Assembly (NCBI RefSeq): GCF_964213995.1
Contig: NW_027590123.1
Coordinates: 1,240,001-1,304,000, forward strand
Direction of reading: 5' to 3'
DNA length: 64,000 bases
From: Mustelus asterias
Taxonomy: Eukaryota
Shown: piece by piece, positions 25,214 to 37,437 of the stretch
Position numbering within the stretch: the stretch's first letter is position 1
How the letters are laid out: every line of letters begins with the position of its first letter
Translations under genes and position numbers: made by a program
Notes under the pieces: model-generated
Told to the model about the DNA's origin: nothing
The model's database searches: none
Seen by the model: only the letters and a program-made list of their open reading frames with translations

Positions 25214-25558
25214 GGGCGGCACGGTAGCACAGTGGTTAGCACTGCTGCTTCACAGCTCCAGGGTCCCGGGTTCGATTCCCGGCTCGGGTCACTGTCTGTG
25301 TGGAGTTTGCACATTCTCCTCGTGTCTGCGTGGGTTTCCTCCGGGTGCTCCGGTTTCCTCCCACAGTCCAAAGATGTGCGGGTTAGGTTGATTGGCCAGG
25401 TTAAAAAAATTGCCCCTTAGAGTCCTGGGATGCGTAGGTGAGAGGAATTAGCGGGTAAAATATGTGGGGGTAGGGCCTGGGTGGGATTGTGGTCGGTGCA
25501 GACTCGATGGGCCGAATGGCCTCCTTCTGCACTGTAGGGTTTCTATGCTTCTATGATT
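25214..25558 (+). mobile_element. Full-length young tRNA-derived SINE (HE1-like) with CR1-type tail
   Basis: A box GTAGCACAGTGG, B box GGTTCGATTCCC, tail TTCTATG repeats. Confidence 0.92.
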
Positions 25559-25597
25559 AGCTGGTCGAGCGATAACTCGCCCGACCTAAAGCATCTG

Positions 25598-25692
25598 CGC
25601 GTCAGGTGAGGCTCGAATTTAAAACCTGGGCATAGCCCGCAGGACGCACTGCTGTATAAACACCATGCGCTAACCGATTGCGCCACTGGGGC
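25598..25692 (-). pseudogene. Intron-containing tRNA-Ile(TAT) pseudogene
   Basis: rc GCCCCAGTGGCGCAATCGGTTAGCGC..TTATA-[intron]-ATGCC..TTCGAGCCTCACCTG; T-stem damaged. Confidence 0.8.
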
Positions 25693-26636
25693 ACTGCGCC
25701 CTACGCATTTGTGTCAGAATATTAAAGGCTACCACAGCGTCACCTCCATTAATAACAGTCATTTGACGCCACATTTCAGAGAGGGGAACAAACCCATCAA
25801 AGATTCTCTCTTCCACAATGAGTAAGACAGGGACAGGCAGCAGGATCTTACCCCGCACTCTCCAATCGCCCACAGACAGCAGAAAGTGGTAAGTGGCAAC
25901 TGCAGCTTCAATCAGGGAGTTACTGCCCATGCCAGGGACACAGAATACTCTAACCCAGGTAAAACGTCACAATATACCGATCAGAGACTCATCAAATCGC
26001 AGATAGATTATCGCCCACTCACTGAGCATTCGAGTAGCATTTACATAATACCCGAGCGAGTCACAAACAACATTTACAGCAACTTTCCAAAACTTTTCAG
26101 TGATAAATTCCTTCATTTGGCTGAAAATCTGACTGTTGTGAATCTGAAAATGGGCACCCTGGGATTTGTGTTACCCAGAGACCTGTCTCCCACTGTTCGT
26201 CCGTCAGGTTGTGTTTGTGTTGTACATTGAAGCGCCTGTCATTTCAAAATGAGGAGAGAACAAAGAAAATATTAAATTGTGGAACAAATCCTGAGGGAAA
26301 CGGATCATAATATTGGAAGGAGATGCAGTTGTGAATGGTGTTATTGATGATTGTATCGAAAGTATTGGATCCTTGGGCTTCTGGTGGTCAGTTCCCTTCC
26401 CTCCCGTTGAATTCCTCCCTCTGACAAGAGACATGGATTCATTTTAGCTGCACGTTCATAGGAGAAAGGGTATAACCGCTACACCACAGCAATATTACGG
26501 ATTCGAAATGCACAAAGAGACTTGTGTAGACTTGTAAATGGTGCGGTGATGCTGTAGTTCTGGAACAGGTTTCGCAGAAATAGAATTGTGATCATTGACA
26601 CCGTGGATTAGAATATCGTTAACAGCTGCTGTATCA

Positions 26637-26710
26637 GTCTCTGTGGTGCAATTGGTCAGCGCGTTCGACTGTTAACCGAAAGGTTGGTGGGTCCAGACCA
26701 CCCAGGGACG
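26637..26710 (+). pseudogene. tRNA-Asn(GTT), B-box mutated
   Basis: GTCTCTGTGGTGCAATTGGTCAGCGCGTTCGACTGTTAACCGAAAGG..GGTCCAGACCACCCAGGGACG. Confidence 0.85.
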
Positions 26711-27037
26711 GAGCTTGTACTGTTTCCTTACCATGATCCTTCAAAAGCAAACAGTTGCGGGTTGGCAATGGGTCCGTGGGCGTCAGTAAAAATAGCTCTC
26801 AAGTTTTACCGGCTGTACTGTCATCTGGTGTCAGTTTGAGCGTTGACGCTGCCGGAGAAATGGAGAGCTGGATTTCACCCAGAAAAGCAGCAAAGTTTAA
26901 AAACAGTGCCGCCTAACTTGGGGTTGGAACCCATTTCCATTAACAGTGATAAGTTAATGTTGTTCAGCAGAATTACCACAAGACGGTTTATCACAGGTTG
27001 ATACTAACACTGCAGTAAAATTAAATGCAGTAGAAAA

Positions 27038-27340
27038 GGACGGCATGGTGGCACAGTGGTTAGCAATGATGCCCCAAAGCGCCATTGGCTCAGGTTAAAT
27101 TCCTCAGGTCACTGCCTGTGCGGAGTTTGCACCTTGTCTGCGGGGGTTTCCTCCGTGTGCTCCGGTTTCCTTTCCAAAGATGTGCGATTTCGGTTGCTTG
27201 GCCATGCTAAATTGACCCTCGTGTCAGCGGGATTATCAGGGTAAATATGTGGGTTTCCGGGAATAGGGCGTGGGTGGGATTGTTGTCAGTGCGGACCCGA
27301 TGGGCCGAACGGTCTCCTTCTGTACTGTAGGGATTCTACA
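27038..27340 (+). mobile_element. SINE (degenerate)
   Basis: Head and body similar to the SINE at 25214. Confidence 0.8.
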
Positions 27341-27545
27341 AGAATGTTTCATTGTTAATTTTGACTGTAGGAACCAAAAGAGGCGATGCAAGTACAAATT
27401 GCTGTGGGTAATTGACGAGCTTGTGGAATGGGGCGGATTTTTCTCTCTGCTGTTGAAAATGGCAGCAATATCACTCATGCTTTCGATCAAGAAGTAATTG
27501 CAACTCCACTTGCATCATGTTCTGCAAGAAAACAATAAATCTTCA

Positions 27546-27616
27546 TTTTCTGACCGGGAATCGAACTCGGGCCGCAATGGTGAAAACAACAAATCCTAAC
27601 CATTGACCACCAGGGA
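27546..27616 (-). pseudogene. tRNA-Glu(TTC) pseudogene
   Basis: rc TCCCTGGTGGTC..GGTTAGGATT..TTTCAC..GTTCGATTCCCGGTCAG. Confidence 0.8.
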
Positions 27617-27737
27617 AACTGCCTGCAATGGTTTGAATCTCGCCTATCTATGGTAACTTGGCGCATTTTTTTCAATTTCAGCGGGGTTTTTTTGTATTCC
27701 AGGGACAAGTCCGTCTGACAAGAGCCTCTTGATATAA

Positions 27738-28350
27738 ACAAATTTACTGCGGATGCTGGAATCTGAAACAAGGTCAAAAAATGCCAGAAAATCTCAACAG
27801 GTCTGAAAGCCTCTGTGAAGAGAGAATAGAGCTAACGTTCAAAGTCAGGATGACCTTCGTCAGAGCTGAAGACAAAGAAACGTGGACGAAATTTATACTG
27901 TAATGGTGAGGGATATGGGTGAGGGGTGGGTGGCAAAGGTGTCACATATCAATCAAGAAAAACAAAAAACAAATTAAATGGTGGTGACCATGGCTGAGAA
28001 GGGAGCTGCAGGCTGCGCATTTAGAGATCAGAATGTGCAAATGGCAGAACAAAGGAAATGTAAGAGTTGGCCCGAGTGGGGTGGAGGGAGAGGGGGCAAC
28101 AAGATGGAAAGTGAGATTTTAAATAAACAGTGCAAAACATGGAAATCAAAAAAATAAATATAGATATAAAAGAAAAAATATTAATTAATAAAAATAAATT
28201 GCATAAAATTAAATAAAACAAAATAAATGGAAATGGGATGAAGATGGAGGAAAGGAGATGCTCTGAAGTTGTTGAACTCAGTGTTAAGTCTGGAATGCAG
28301 TAAGATCCGAATCGTGACATCGGGGGATGTTCCTCCAGTTTGCATTGGAA
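27738..28350 (-). mobile_element. Penelope-like element 3' fragment
   Basis: Minus-strand ..SRLNTEFNNFRA resembles a GIY-YIG C-terminus; terminal repeat with degenerate CTGACGA..GAAC core. Confidence 0.65.
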
Positions 28351-29171
28351 TGCCTCTTGATATCATTGTTTATTGTCCCTTCCGTCACATTACTGATGAT
28401 CAAGAGTAGACTGGTGGTAATGTGGGGCGTTGGATTTGACCTGATTTTTGTAAAGCGGGCAATCTTGGGCAAGTTGTAGCATTGGCGGTTGTTGCCAGTG
28501 TTGTAGGTTAGGAACAGCTTAGCTGAAGGTGCGGCAAATTCTGAAGCGCAATTCTTCAGCACCATTGCCAGAATATTTTTCAGAGCCGTAGCATTTGCTC
28601 TTTCCAATGCCTTCAAGTTTTTTTTTTCTTGAAACGGTATGGAACAATGAAGTGTATCTGTTCTGTTCAGTGTCTACCCCACTCTGGCACTTTCTCTTTT
28701 CTCTCTGTAGATCTGTCTCAGTCCTTCCCTCTCTCAGTCTAACTATCCATTCCCCTTTTTTGTTTTTGTTCCATCTCTTCTCTCCCTGTTTGTGTGGAAC
28801 CAAATTTAACTGAATTGATTCCTGAAATGAGGCGGTTGTTGAGCTCGGATTTGATTTAAAGTGGGGGAGGAGACTCAATGGGACATGTGATCTAATCCAA
28901 TTCCATTCATTTGGTTCATTGCCAATACCAGCTCTGACAGCAATGACTTCTGCTGGTGTCCTTGATGGGAAATCTAAGACACTAAATTTAGGATATGATT
29001 TTTATGAAGGAGGGGGATCACATTCTCCCACTGTTCGATTTTCACTTAAATTCCTGTAAACGTTATGAACAGCTTTGGTCAAACATGTGATTACTAAAAT
29101 TTAATGCAGTGGAATGAATCATCATTCATTTTGATTCGAGGAACCAGCAGAGAGAATGTAAAGTGAGCAAC

Positions 29172-29326
29172 TGGATAAAAGCAAATTACTGTGGATGCTG
29201 GAATCTGAAAGCAAATGTGTCACACAAAACTTTGACAAAGGGTCATCCCGACCGAAACGTCAGCTCTTTTCTCTTCGACAGATGCTGCCAGACACAATGT
29301 GATTTTCCAGCGTTTTCTCTTTTTGT
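29172..29326. mobile_element. Short Penelope-like remnant with 13-bp flanking direct repeat
   Basis: taaagtgagcaac at 29159 and 29327; terminal-repeat pieces in opposite orientations. Confidence 0.7.
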
Positions 29327-29395
29327 TAAAGTGAGCAACCGACGGGCTTGTCGGACGAGTTTAGTTGCTCTCCCATTAAATCGGAGCTGCATCAA

Positions 29396-29470
29396 GTACC
29401 CACGTTGGTATGTGGTCATCATGCTCGCTTTGCATCTCGAAAGCCCACGGTTCGAAACCAGGTGGAAACA
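29396..29470 (+). pseudogene. tRNA-Val pseudogene
   Basis: ..GTGGTCATCATGCTCGC..GAAAG..GGTTCGAAACCAGGTGGAAACA. Confidence 0.6.
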
Positions 29471-30149
29471 TTTCCCGATGGCTTTGTTTCAAAGTGGTTC
29501 GGATTACAGAGTTATCCTCGTTTATCACGAAACTTGAGTTGAACTATTGAGTTTTCTCCGGTATTTCAAGCGGAAATAACTCAGTAAAGAATATAAAAGG
29601 GAAGGTCTGTGACAGTGAGTCAGACGGGATGGATTAACTGACATAAGGAATAACGGTCAAGGGCAACATTGGTTGGTTCCGGTTATGTTTAAACTTTGCT
29701 GCTTTTCTCAGTGTACTCCAGCTCTCCATTCCTCCCGCAGTGTCACCGCTGAAACTGAGTCTTTCTCCATCCCGCTTTGTAAATTTCACAATTACTGCTT
29801 TCTGAATGAAAACTGCTTGCAATCAGTCGAAGTCAAATAGTTTAGTATTTCATTCATGGAGAGGTTTTCTTGTAATTTAGCCCGAGAATGTTATCCAGAA
29901 ATGAGTGATATTTCTGTCAATGCAAACGGTTAAATCTGACCCATTACCACCCAGATTTTCCCTTGTATCACTACCTCTATCGGCAGCGTTTTGCATCATA
30001 TCACTGTTTTTCACTATTTGTGTTTGTTCTTGACCTGTTGCACGTGTGACATTTCCAACTCGGAAGCAAAACTGCAAATCTCACTCCACCGATTCTGGCA
30101 GAACTGCTTTGGACCAGGAAGTATTGCTGGTTTGTTTATAAAAATAATT

Positions 30150-30218
30150 AAGTCTTAATATATCGAACGCAGCCTGCGACCCTGAAAGCGCCGAATCCTA
30201 ACCACGAGACCACCAGGA
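30150..30218 (-). pseudogene. tRNA-Glu(TTC) pseudogene
   Basis: rc CCTGGTGGTCTCGTGGTTAGGATTCGGCGCTTTCA. Confidence 0.75.
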
Positions 30219-30633
30219 TCCCATCCGACTGATTTTCCGAGAGACTGATTACAGGAATATGCACAGCGCCAATTGTCCACAGTCACACACCCCTTTCTGT
30301 CTGTTAAGATTTGAAATTCTTCATATTTTCACATTGGCTTCCAGTGTGATGAAAGCAGAGCTCTGATAAGCTGATGTTGTTCAGTCAAGTTACCACAGTA
30401 AGGTTGATATCTGTTCGATGCTAACATTGCTCTTTGAATGTGATCAGCTGCAGTAAAATTTAATGCAGTTGAAGGTAGCGTACTCATTTTTACAGGAGCA
30501 ACCAGCAAGGGCAATGTAATTATGAATTGTTGTGGGTAATTGACGGGATTGTGCAACGGGACTGATATTTCTCCCTGCTGTTCAAATTGGCACAAGTATT
30601 GAGCGACGATTTTCAGATGGCTGCCGTGAGTTG

Positions 30634-30705
30634 GGTTTCGTGGTGTAATGGTGAGCACTCTGGACATTGAATCCAGCGATCCGAGTTCAAGTCTCGGCGG
30701 AGCCT
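30634..30705 (+). tRNA. tRNA-Gln(TTG), near intact (U33>A)
   Basis: GGTTTCGTGGTGTAATGGTGAGCACTCTGGACATTGAATCCAGCGATCCGAGTTCAAGTCTCGGCGGAGCCT. Confidence 0.75.
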
Positions 30706-30963
30706 TGCTTTAATTTGCAAAGGCAGATGATTGATTTGCTGAAGGGCGTTTCGTTTCAATTTCTCACAAAGCACGAATAGAGAGGACAATTTGTCAGCCA
30801 GTTCAACTGCTATTACAATGCACATTGCTGAGCCTCAGGCGCCAGAGCCTTGCAACGTTAGTGTTTTTCATCTTTTCGCTGTCCTTCAACTCCTCTGTTG
30901 AAAAAAATAAGCGGTTGGTGTCACACAATAACAATTCGACTGGAGTCTGGCAATTATTGAGCA

Positions 30964-31055
30964 AGTGTGTGAGCGTGTGTGGTGTGTGTGTGAGCGAGAG
31001 AGAGAGGGTGTGGGTGTGTGTGTGTGTGTGTGTAGGTGTGGGCGTGTGTATGTGT
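30964..31055. repeat. (TG)n/(AG)n microsatellite
   Basis: Direct inspection. Confidence 0.9.
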
Positions 31056-31389
31056 TTTGGGATAAAAGTCTTCCTTCAGAGTGCTGTTGATTCCACGGGT
31101 AACGTGTCGCACTCTGGCCTCTCACCGCCTAACTTTGGTTTAGATTGAGACAGATAACAGAGTGAATTACACGTCCAGGTGGACACAATGCCCACTGTAG
31201 CTTCCCTGCCTCTCAGCGCTTTGTATTCTTGAGCAATCGTTCTCTGGGGTTGATGCAATGACGCCAGTAGAATCATTCGCTGCAACATCCGTGGTTGCGG
31301 TGTAATTTGCTGAAATTTCCACTTACTGAGAACTTAAAATTAAATTCCCTTCAGCAAACCCATTAACTGCTTTAGCAAAAAAAACAATC

Positions 31390-31647
31390 TTTTACCAAGC
31401 TCTGAACTCCGATTACTGCATTCGGAGTCCAGGGTGCTCACCATCACAGCACAAAAACAGGAACAGAGCCGCCCGAAGCAAATGGTCACTCAAAGCATGT
31501 GACCTTTTTCATTCAATGTGGCAGCAACAGTAAGTGGGTCAAATGCTTTGAGTGACCATTTGCAACCGGCTGCGAAATTATAGGTTCTCTGGTCTAATGG
31601 TGAGCACTTTGAACCCAGCAAACTGCGTCTAAATTTAGGTGGATCCT
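31390..31647. pseudogene. Head-to-head pair of tRNA-Gln pseudogenes (- at ~31390-31458, + at ~31582-31647)
   Basis: GGTGAGCAC motifs on both strands; 3' flank of the + copy parallels the flank after 30705. Confidence 0.6.
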
Positions 31648-33321
31648 TTCTCTTATTTGCCATTGTTGAGGATTGATTTGTCGAAGGAACTTTTGTTTAA
31701 ATTCCTTACAAAGGTGGAATTTGTCAGCCAGTTCAACTTCTATTACATTGCACTTTTCTGAGTCTCTGGCGAGAGATGCCTGCATCAGCAAAGTTTTTTT
31801 TTAATTTCATCTTTCGCTGCTCTTTAAATCCCCGCTTGTTTTCCATATCCCTTTAATTAGTTTTTTAAGTTGGAAATATATCTATCTCCTTATTGAAATC
31901 ATCCAGCGATTGAGACTCCACCGTGCTCTGGGGCAGCGAGTTCCACCAATTCACCACACTCTGCGAGAAGTACTTCCTTCTCATCTCACTTTTAAATCCA
32001 CCGCCTCTCATTCTATACCTGTGACCTCTTGTTCGGGATGGTTTACGTTTAATCGATCAATCCCTTTTAGAATTTTATTCCCTCGGTCAGATCTCCTCTC
32101 ATCCTTCTAAACTTCAGCATCTTGTGGGACTATTTCACCTCACTGTCAATTTCATGATGCAGCGAACTCAATCCGTGTTGTCATTGGCTGAAGGAGGCAC
32201 TTATGTACCATCCAAACAGGACATTTTGAAGGAGCAACTGGTCGATGGTAAAACAAATCTGAGATGAAAATAATGAGCAAAGGAATATGAGGTCAATCGG
32301 TTTGAGAAACTAAGTTCACTCGTTGCCCTGGAGTCCACTGGTTTGTGTTCCGCACTCTGCTCGTGAGGTTTCGGTTCAATTCTCTCTCAGGAAAATAATT
32401 ACTGCTCTGGCAAAACTGTAAGAACTAATCCGATTCACTCTCTGATCGGAAGCGGACCTATTAAATTCAGTCGAGTGATATTTTCAAGTTTACTTCATTG
32501 GAAATATCACAAGCGCAAATGTTCATGGAAAAACACTGAAAGAGAAGGACAGTAGTGGGCTGCAAAACGCTGCCAATAGAGCTGGTGATATAAGGAAAAA
32601 TCTGGATGGCAATGGGTCAGATTTTGCCATGTACACTGGCACTGAATTATGAAACTTATCCCTCACTCTTCAATGAAAAACATTTCGAAATATTTCAGTG
32701 CGGTTTGAACCGTCGGAAACGAAAGTGATAACAGTCGTGGAGTATGTGCGGCATGTTGTCATTGGCCGGACACATCATTGGTAGTGAATCACAACGTGCC
32801 ATTTTGTAGGAGAATCTTGTTTGTCGTGAAAGTCGTCCGGAGTGAAAATTACAATAACAAAAGGAGCGTGGATGAAGCAAATTGTAAAACACGCTGTAAC
32901 TTGGTGGTTAGAAATTGGATACTGCTCTTTTGATTGCAGATCAGAAAATGAAGATTTGCTGCTCTCGTCCAAACCGTGAAACCAAATAAGTTATTTCCTG
33001 GAAATGCATAGAAATCTCAGTCTCGCGTTGTGCCCTGTCCTTTCTGAAATAAAGACCCTGAGCAAATTCAGCAGAAAGTTTTGTTGTAATTTCTGGCAGG
33101 AGATTGGGAACCAGACGAGTTTGAGGACAGTTTAAATGGTGCCGACCCTTAAATGCAGCTCATTGTTTTTCTGACTGCAGATGATTTTTGTTTGTTACAC
33201 ATTTCAGGATGACCAGATTCAATGAAAAATTAGGTTGGAGATTTCTGCTGGCCCTTCCCATCTCCATTCCTTCTAAATTATTTCACTAGCTATATCAGTA
33301 AATTACATGATTACAACGTCT

Positions 33322-33390
33322 GGACGCGAGGCCGAGCGGTCTAAGGTTCCAATCTCAGCGGAGACATGGGTTTAAATCCCACCACTGCCA
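33322..33390 (+). pseudogene. tRNA-Leu(AAG-type) pseudogene with anticodon-arm deletion
   Basis: GGCCGAGCGGTCTAAGG|TTCCAATCTC..AATCCCACCACTGCCA; deletion between the two TAAGG copies. Confidence 0.75.
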
Positions 33391-33855
33391 GAATTAACTT
33401 GGGTTTTGGTCCTTCCATCTAAAGTCTGACAGCTCATCTTGAATGAAAGAGTGTGAGCGGTGTCGTTTCTGGCAGGAACAACGAGACAGTCCCAGCCGTT
33501 AGGTGAAAGGAACGTGTGCGGAAGGAATGGATTTTTCCTTTAAAGAGCACACAAAGGAACATAGGCTGAATGACTGCCAGTATAAACAAAAGATTGAAAA
33601 CCGGCCCACTGATGCTTTGGGAATTTCCAACTGAAGTTCAAATCCTTTCCTGTCCGCTTCCCGTCAATCCTCAATCTAACCAGATAGGTACATAATTATC
33701 CTGGCGTAACCGTGAAACCATTCCCTTTTAATTTCATTTACTTATGTTCTCATCAGATGTGACTTGACATGCTGAATTAGAACACAAATGATTTTTCAAC
33801 CAATAATAATAGCTATTGCTGTTTTCTGTAACATGAAATCGATAGTGAGGTGAAA

Positions 33856-36220
33856 TAGAACATAGAGCAGTACAGCACAGAACAGGCCCTTCGGCCCACG
33901 CTGTTGTGCCGAGCTTTATCTGAAACCAAGATCAAGCTATCCCACTCCCTATCATCCTAGTGTGCTCCATGTGCGTATCCAATAACCGCTTAAATGTTCC
34001 TAAAGTGTCGGACTCCACTATCACTGCAGGCAGTCCATTCCACACCCCATCCACTCTCTGCGCAAAGAACCTACCTCTGATATCCTTCCTATATCTCCCA
34101 CCACGAACCCTATAGTTATGCCCCCTTGTAATAGCTCCATCCACCCGAGGAAATAATCTTTGAACGTTCACTCGATCTATCCCCTTCATCATTTTATAAA
34201 CCTCTATTAAGTCACCCCTCAGCCTCCTCCGCTCCAGAGAGAACAGCCCTAGCTCCCTCAACCTTTCCTCATAAGACCTACCCTCCAAACCAGGCAGCAT
34301 CCTGGTAAATCTCCTCTGCACTCTTTCCAGCGCTTCCACATCCTTCTTATAGTGAGGTGACCAGAACTGCACACAATATTCCAAATGTGGTCTCACCAAG
34401 GTCCTGTTTCGTTGCAGCATAACCCCACGGCTCTTAAACTCCAACCCCCTGTTAATAAAAGCGAACACACTATAGGCCTTCTTCACAGCTCTATCCATTC
34501 TCCTCGTGTTTGCGTGGGTTTCCTCCGGGTGCTCCGGTTTCCTCCCACAGTCCAAAGATGTGCGGGTTTGGTTGATTGGCCAGGTAAAAAAAAACAATTG
34601 CCCCTTAGAGTCCTGAGATGCGTATGTTAGAGGGATTAGCGGGTAAATATGTGGGGGTAGGGCCTGGGTGGGATTGTGGTCGGTGCAGACTCGATGGGCC
34701 GAATGGCCTCCTTCTGCACTGTAGGGTTTCTATGATTCTATGATTCTATGACTTGACTGGCAACCTTTGGAGATCTGTGGATATGGACCCCAAGATCTCT
34801 CTGTTCCTCCACAGTCTTCAGAACCCTACCTTTGACCCTGTAATCCACATTTAAATTAGTCCTACCAAAATGAATCACCTCACATTTATCAGGGTGAAAC
34901 TCCATTTGCCATTTTGCAGCCCAGCTTTGCATCCTATCTATGTCTCTTTGCAGCCTACAACAGCCCTCCACCTCATCCACTACTCCACCAATCTTGGTGT
35001 CATCAGTAAATTTACTGATCCACCCTTCAGCCCCCTCCTCTAAGTCATTATTAAAAATTACAAAGAGCAGACGACCAAGCACTGATCCCTGTGGCACTCC
35101 GCTCGCAACCTGCCTCCAATCCGATAATTTTCCATCCACCACCACCCTCTGTCTTCGATCAGACAGCCAGTTACCTATCCAATCGGCCAACTTTCCCTCT
35201 ATCCCACACCTCCTCACTTTCATCATAAGCCGACCATGGGGGACCTTATCAAACGCATTACTAAAATCCATGTATGTGGCATCAACTGCCCTACCTTCAT
35301 CAACACACTTAGTTATCTCCTCAAAAAATTCAATCAAGTTTGTGAGGCATGACTTGCCCTTCACGAATCCGTGCTGACTATCCCGGATTAATCCGCATCG
35401 TTCTAAATGGTCGTAAATCCCATCCCTAAGGACCTTTTCCATCAATTAACCAACCACCGAAGTAAGACTAACCGGTCTATAATTACCAGGGTCATTTCTA
35501 TTCCCTTTCTTAAACAGAGGAACAACATTCGCCACTCTCCAGTCCTCTGGCACCATCCCCGTGGACAGTAAGGACCCAAAGATTAAAGCCAAAGGCTCTG
35601 CAATCTCATGCCTTGCCTCCCAAAGAATCCGAGGATATATTTTATCAGGCCCAGGGGACTTATCGACCTTCAGTTTATTCAAAACTGCCAGGACATCCTC
35701 CCTCCGAACATCTATTTCCTCCAGCCTATAAGCCTGTAACACCTTCTCTTCCTCAAAAACATGGCCCCTCTCCTTGGTGAACACTGAAAAAAAGTATTCA
35801 TTCATCACCTCGCCTATCTCTACTGACTCCATACACAAGTTCCCACTACTGTCCTTGACCGGCCCTAACCTCATCCTGGTCATTCTTTTATTCCTCACAT
35901 AAGAGTAAAAAGCCTTGGGGTTTTCCTTGATCCGACCCGCCAAGGACTTTTCATGTCCCCTCCAAGCTCTCCTAAGCCCCTTTTTCAGCTCGTTCCTTGC
36001 TAACTTGTAACCCTCAATCGAGCCATCTGAACCTTGTTTCCTCATCCCTACATAGGTTAACCTCTTCCTTTTCACAAAAAATTCCACCTCTTTCGTGAAC
36101 CATGGTTCCCTCACTCGGCCATTTCCTCCCTGCGTGACAGGGACATACCTATCAAGGACACCCAGTATTTGTTCATTGAAAAACTTCCACTTTTCATTTG
36201 TGCCTTTCCCTGACAGTAGC
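33856..36220 (-). mobile_element. CR1 LINE ~2.1 kb with nested SINE 3' part (34496-34750)
   Basis: ORFs of 259, 235 and 221 aa covering linker, RT and C-terminus. Confidence 0.96.
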
Positions 36221-37192
36221 CCCACAATAGCCCCACAAACTGTTCACGTGTAACTTCCAAATTTCAGGACCCACCAATCTCACCTCTGTTGATCCTGTGA
36301 AATTTACCAGGTAACACAGAACAGATATTTATCGCTGAAAGTAACCGGCACACATCAATTTCTGCCGTTTTCATCTGTAATTTGTTTCTGAAGTGTGACG
36401 GTTATTGCATTCACCTTTTCGAAAAGTGCAAGACATTATTATTAAAAATCAGTCAACTCTCAGTGTGAGGAAAAGTTGTCTCATTCCCGTTTGTTGTTAA
36501 ATATTAAGGGATTACGTTATCTCACAATGATGTGATATTTGGACTTCTTCAAATTTTGAATGAGACTTTACAAAATGCCTGCTCACGTGTCAGCCATTTA
36601 GGATAGAGACAAGGAGATACTTATTCGATCAAAGATGTGTGAATCTTTGAAATTCTCTCGCCCAGCGATCTGTGAATCCTCAATGATTAGGATATTGAAG
36701 GCTGAGATAGAGTGTATTTTGGAATCTGAGGGAATTAAGGGCTTTCGAGATAGGGTGGGTAATTTATGTTGAGTCTGGGGATCTGCCAACATTTTACTAA
36801 GTGGTGGAGGATGTTCAGTTGGACATTTGACTAAACGCTGCTCCATTTATTCTGTTCACTGGCAATGCCAGAGATGACAGCCACCTTTTGCACTGTTAGC
36901 GATCATGAGAAATTTAAACTATTGAATTTAGGGAAAAGGTATCTGTGGAGGAATGGGATCGAATCCCACCTCTGTCAGTTATCCTGCTGACTTTAAACGT
37001 AATGAAATACCTTTGCCCGAACATGTGATCACAAAAATTTAATGCATTGGAATGCATAATTATGAATTGTGACAGAAGGAACCAGCAAAAACAATGCAAA
37101 TGTAAATTGATGTGAGGAGTTCAAGGGCTTGCAGAACCAGTTTAGTTGCTCCTCCAGAAACCCAGATCTGCTTCCATTTCGAATATCGTCAT

Positions 37193-37265
37193 TTTTCTAT
37201 CGTGTGGTGGTTATCAAATTCTCCTCATACGTGAAAGGATTCAGCGTCGAAACCGGGCAGGGACT
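37193..37265 (+). pseudogene. tRNA-Val pseudogene
   Basis: GTGGTTATCA..CCTCATACGTGAAAGG..TCGAAACCGGGC; flanks paralogous to the 29396 copy. Confidence 0.6.
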
Positions 37266-37437
37266 TTTCAGAATGCTGTTAATTTCAGAATTATTCTCTT
37301 TTGTCACCAAACATTAACTGATCTGCTGAGTATTTCCAGCATTTTATGATCATCAGGAACCACGCCGTAAAAAAAAACACAAGGGGGATCCAGGATAAAG
37401 AATAAGAAAGGATGGATTAACTGACACAAGGAATGAT

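Noticed and set aside
25886-26230. Possible fifth V segment (..FSDKF..NLTVVNLK..)
   Set aside because: No WYxQ, YYC, leader or RSS found.
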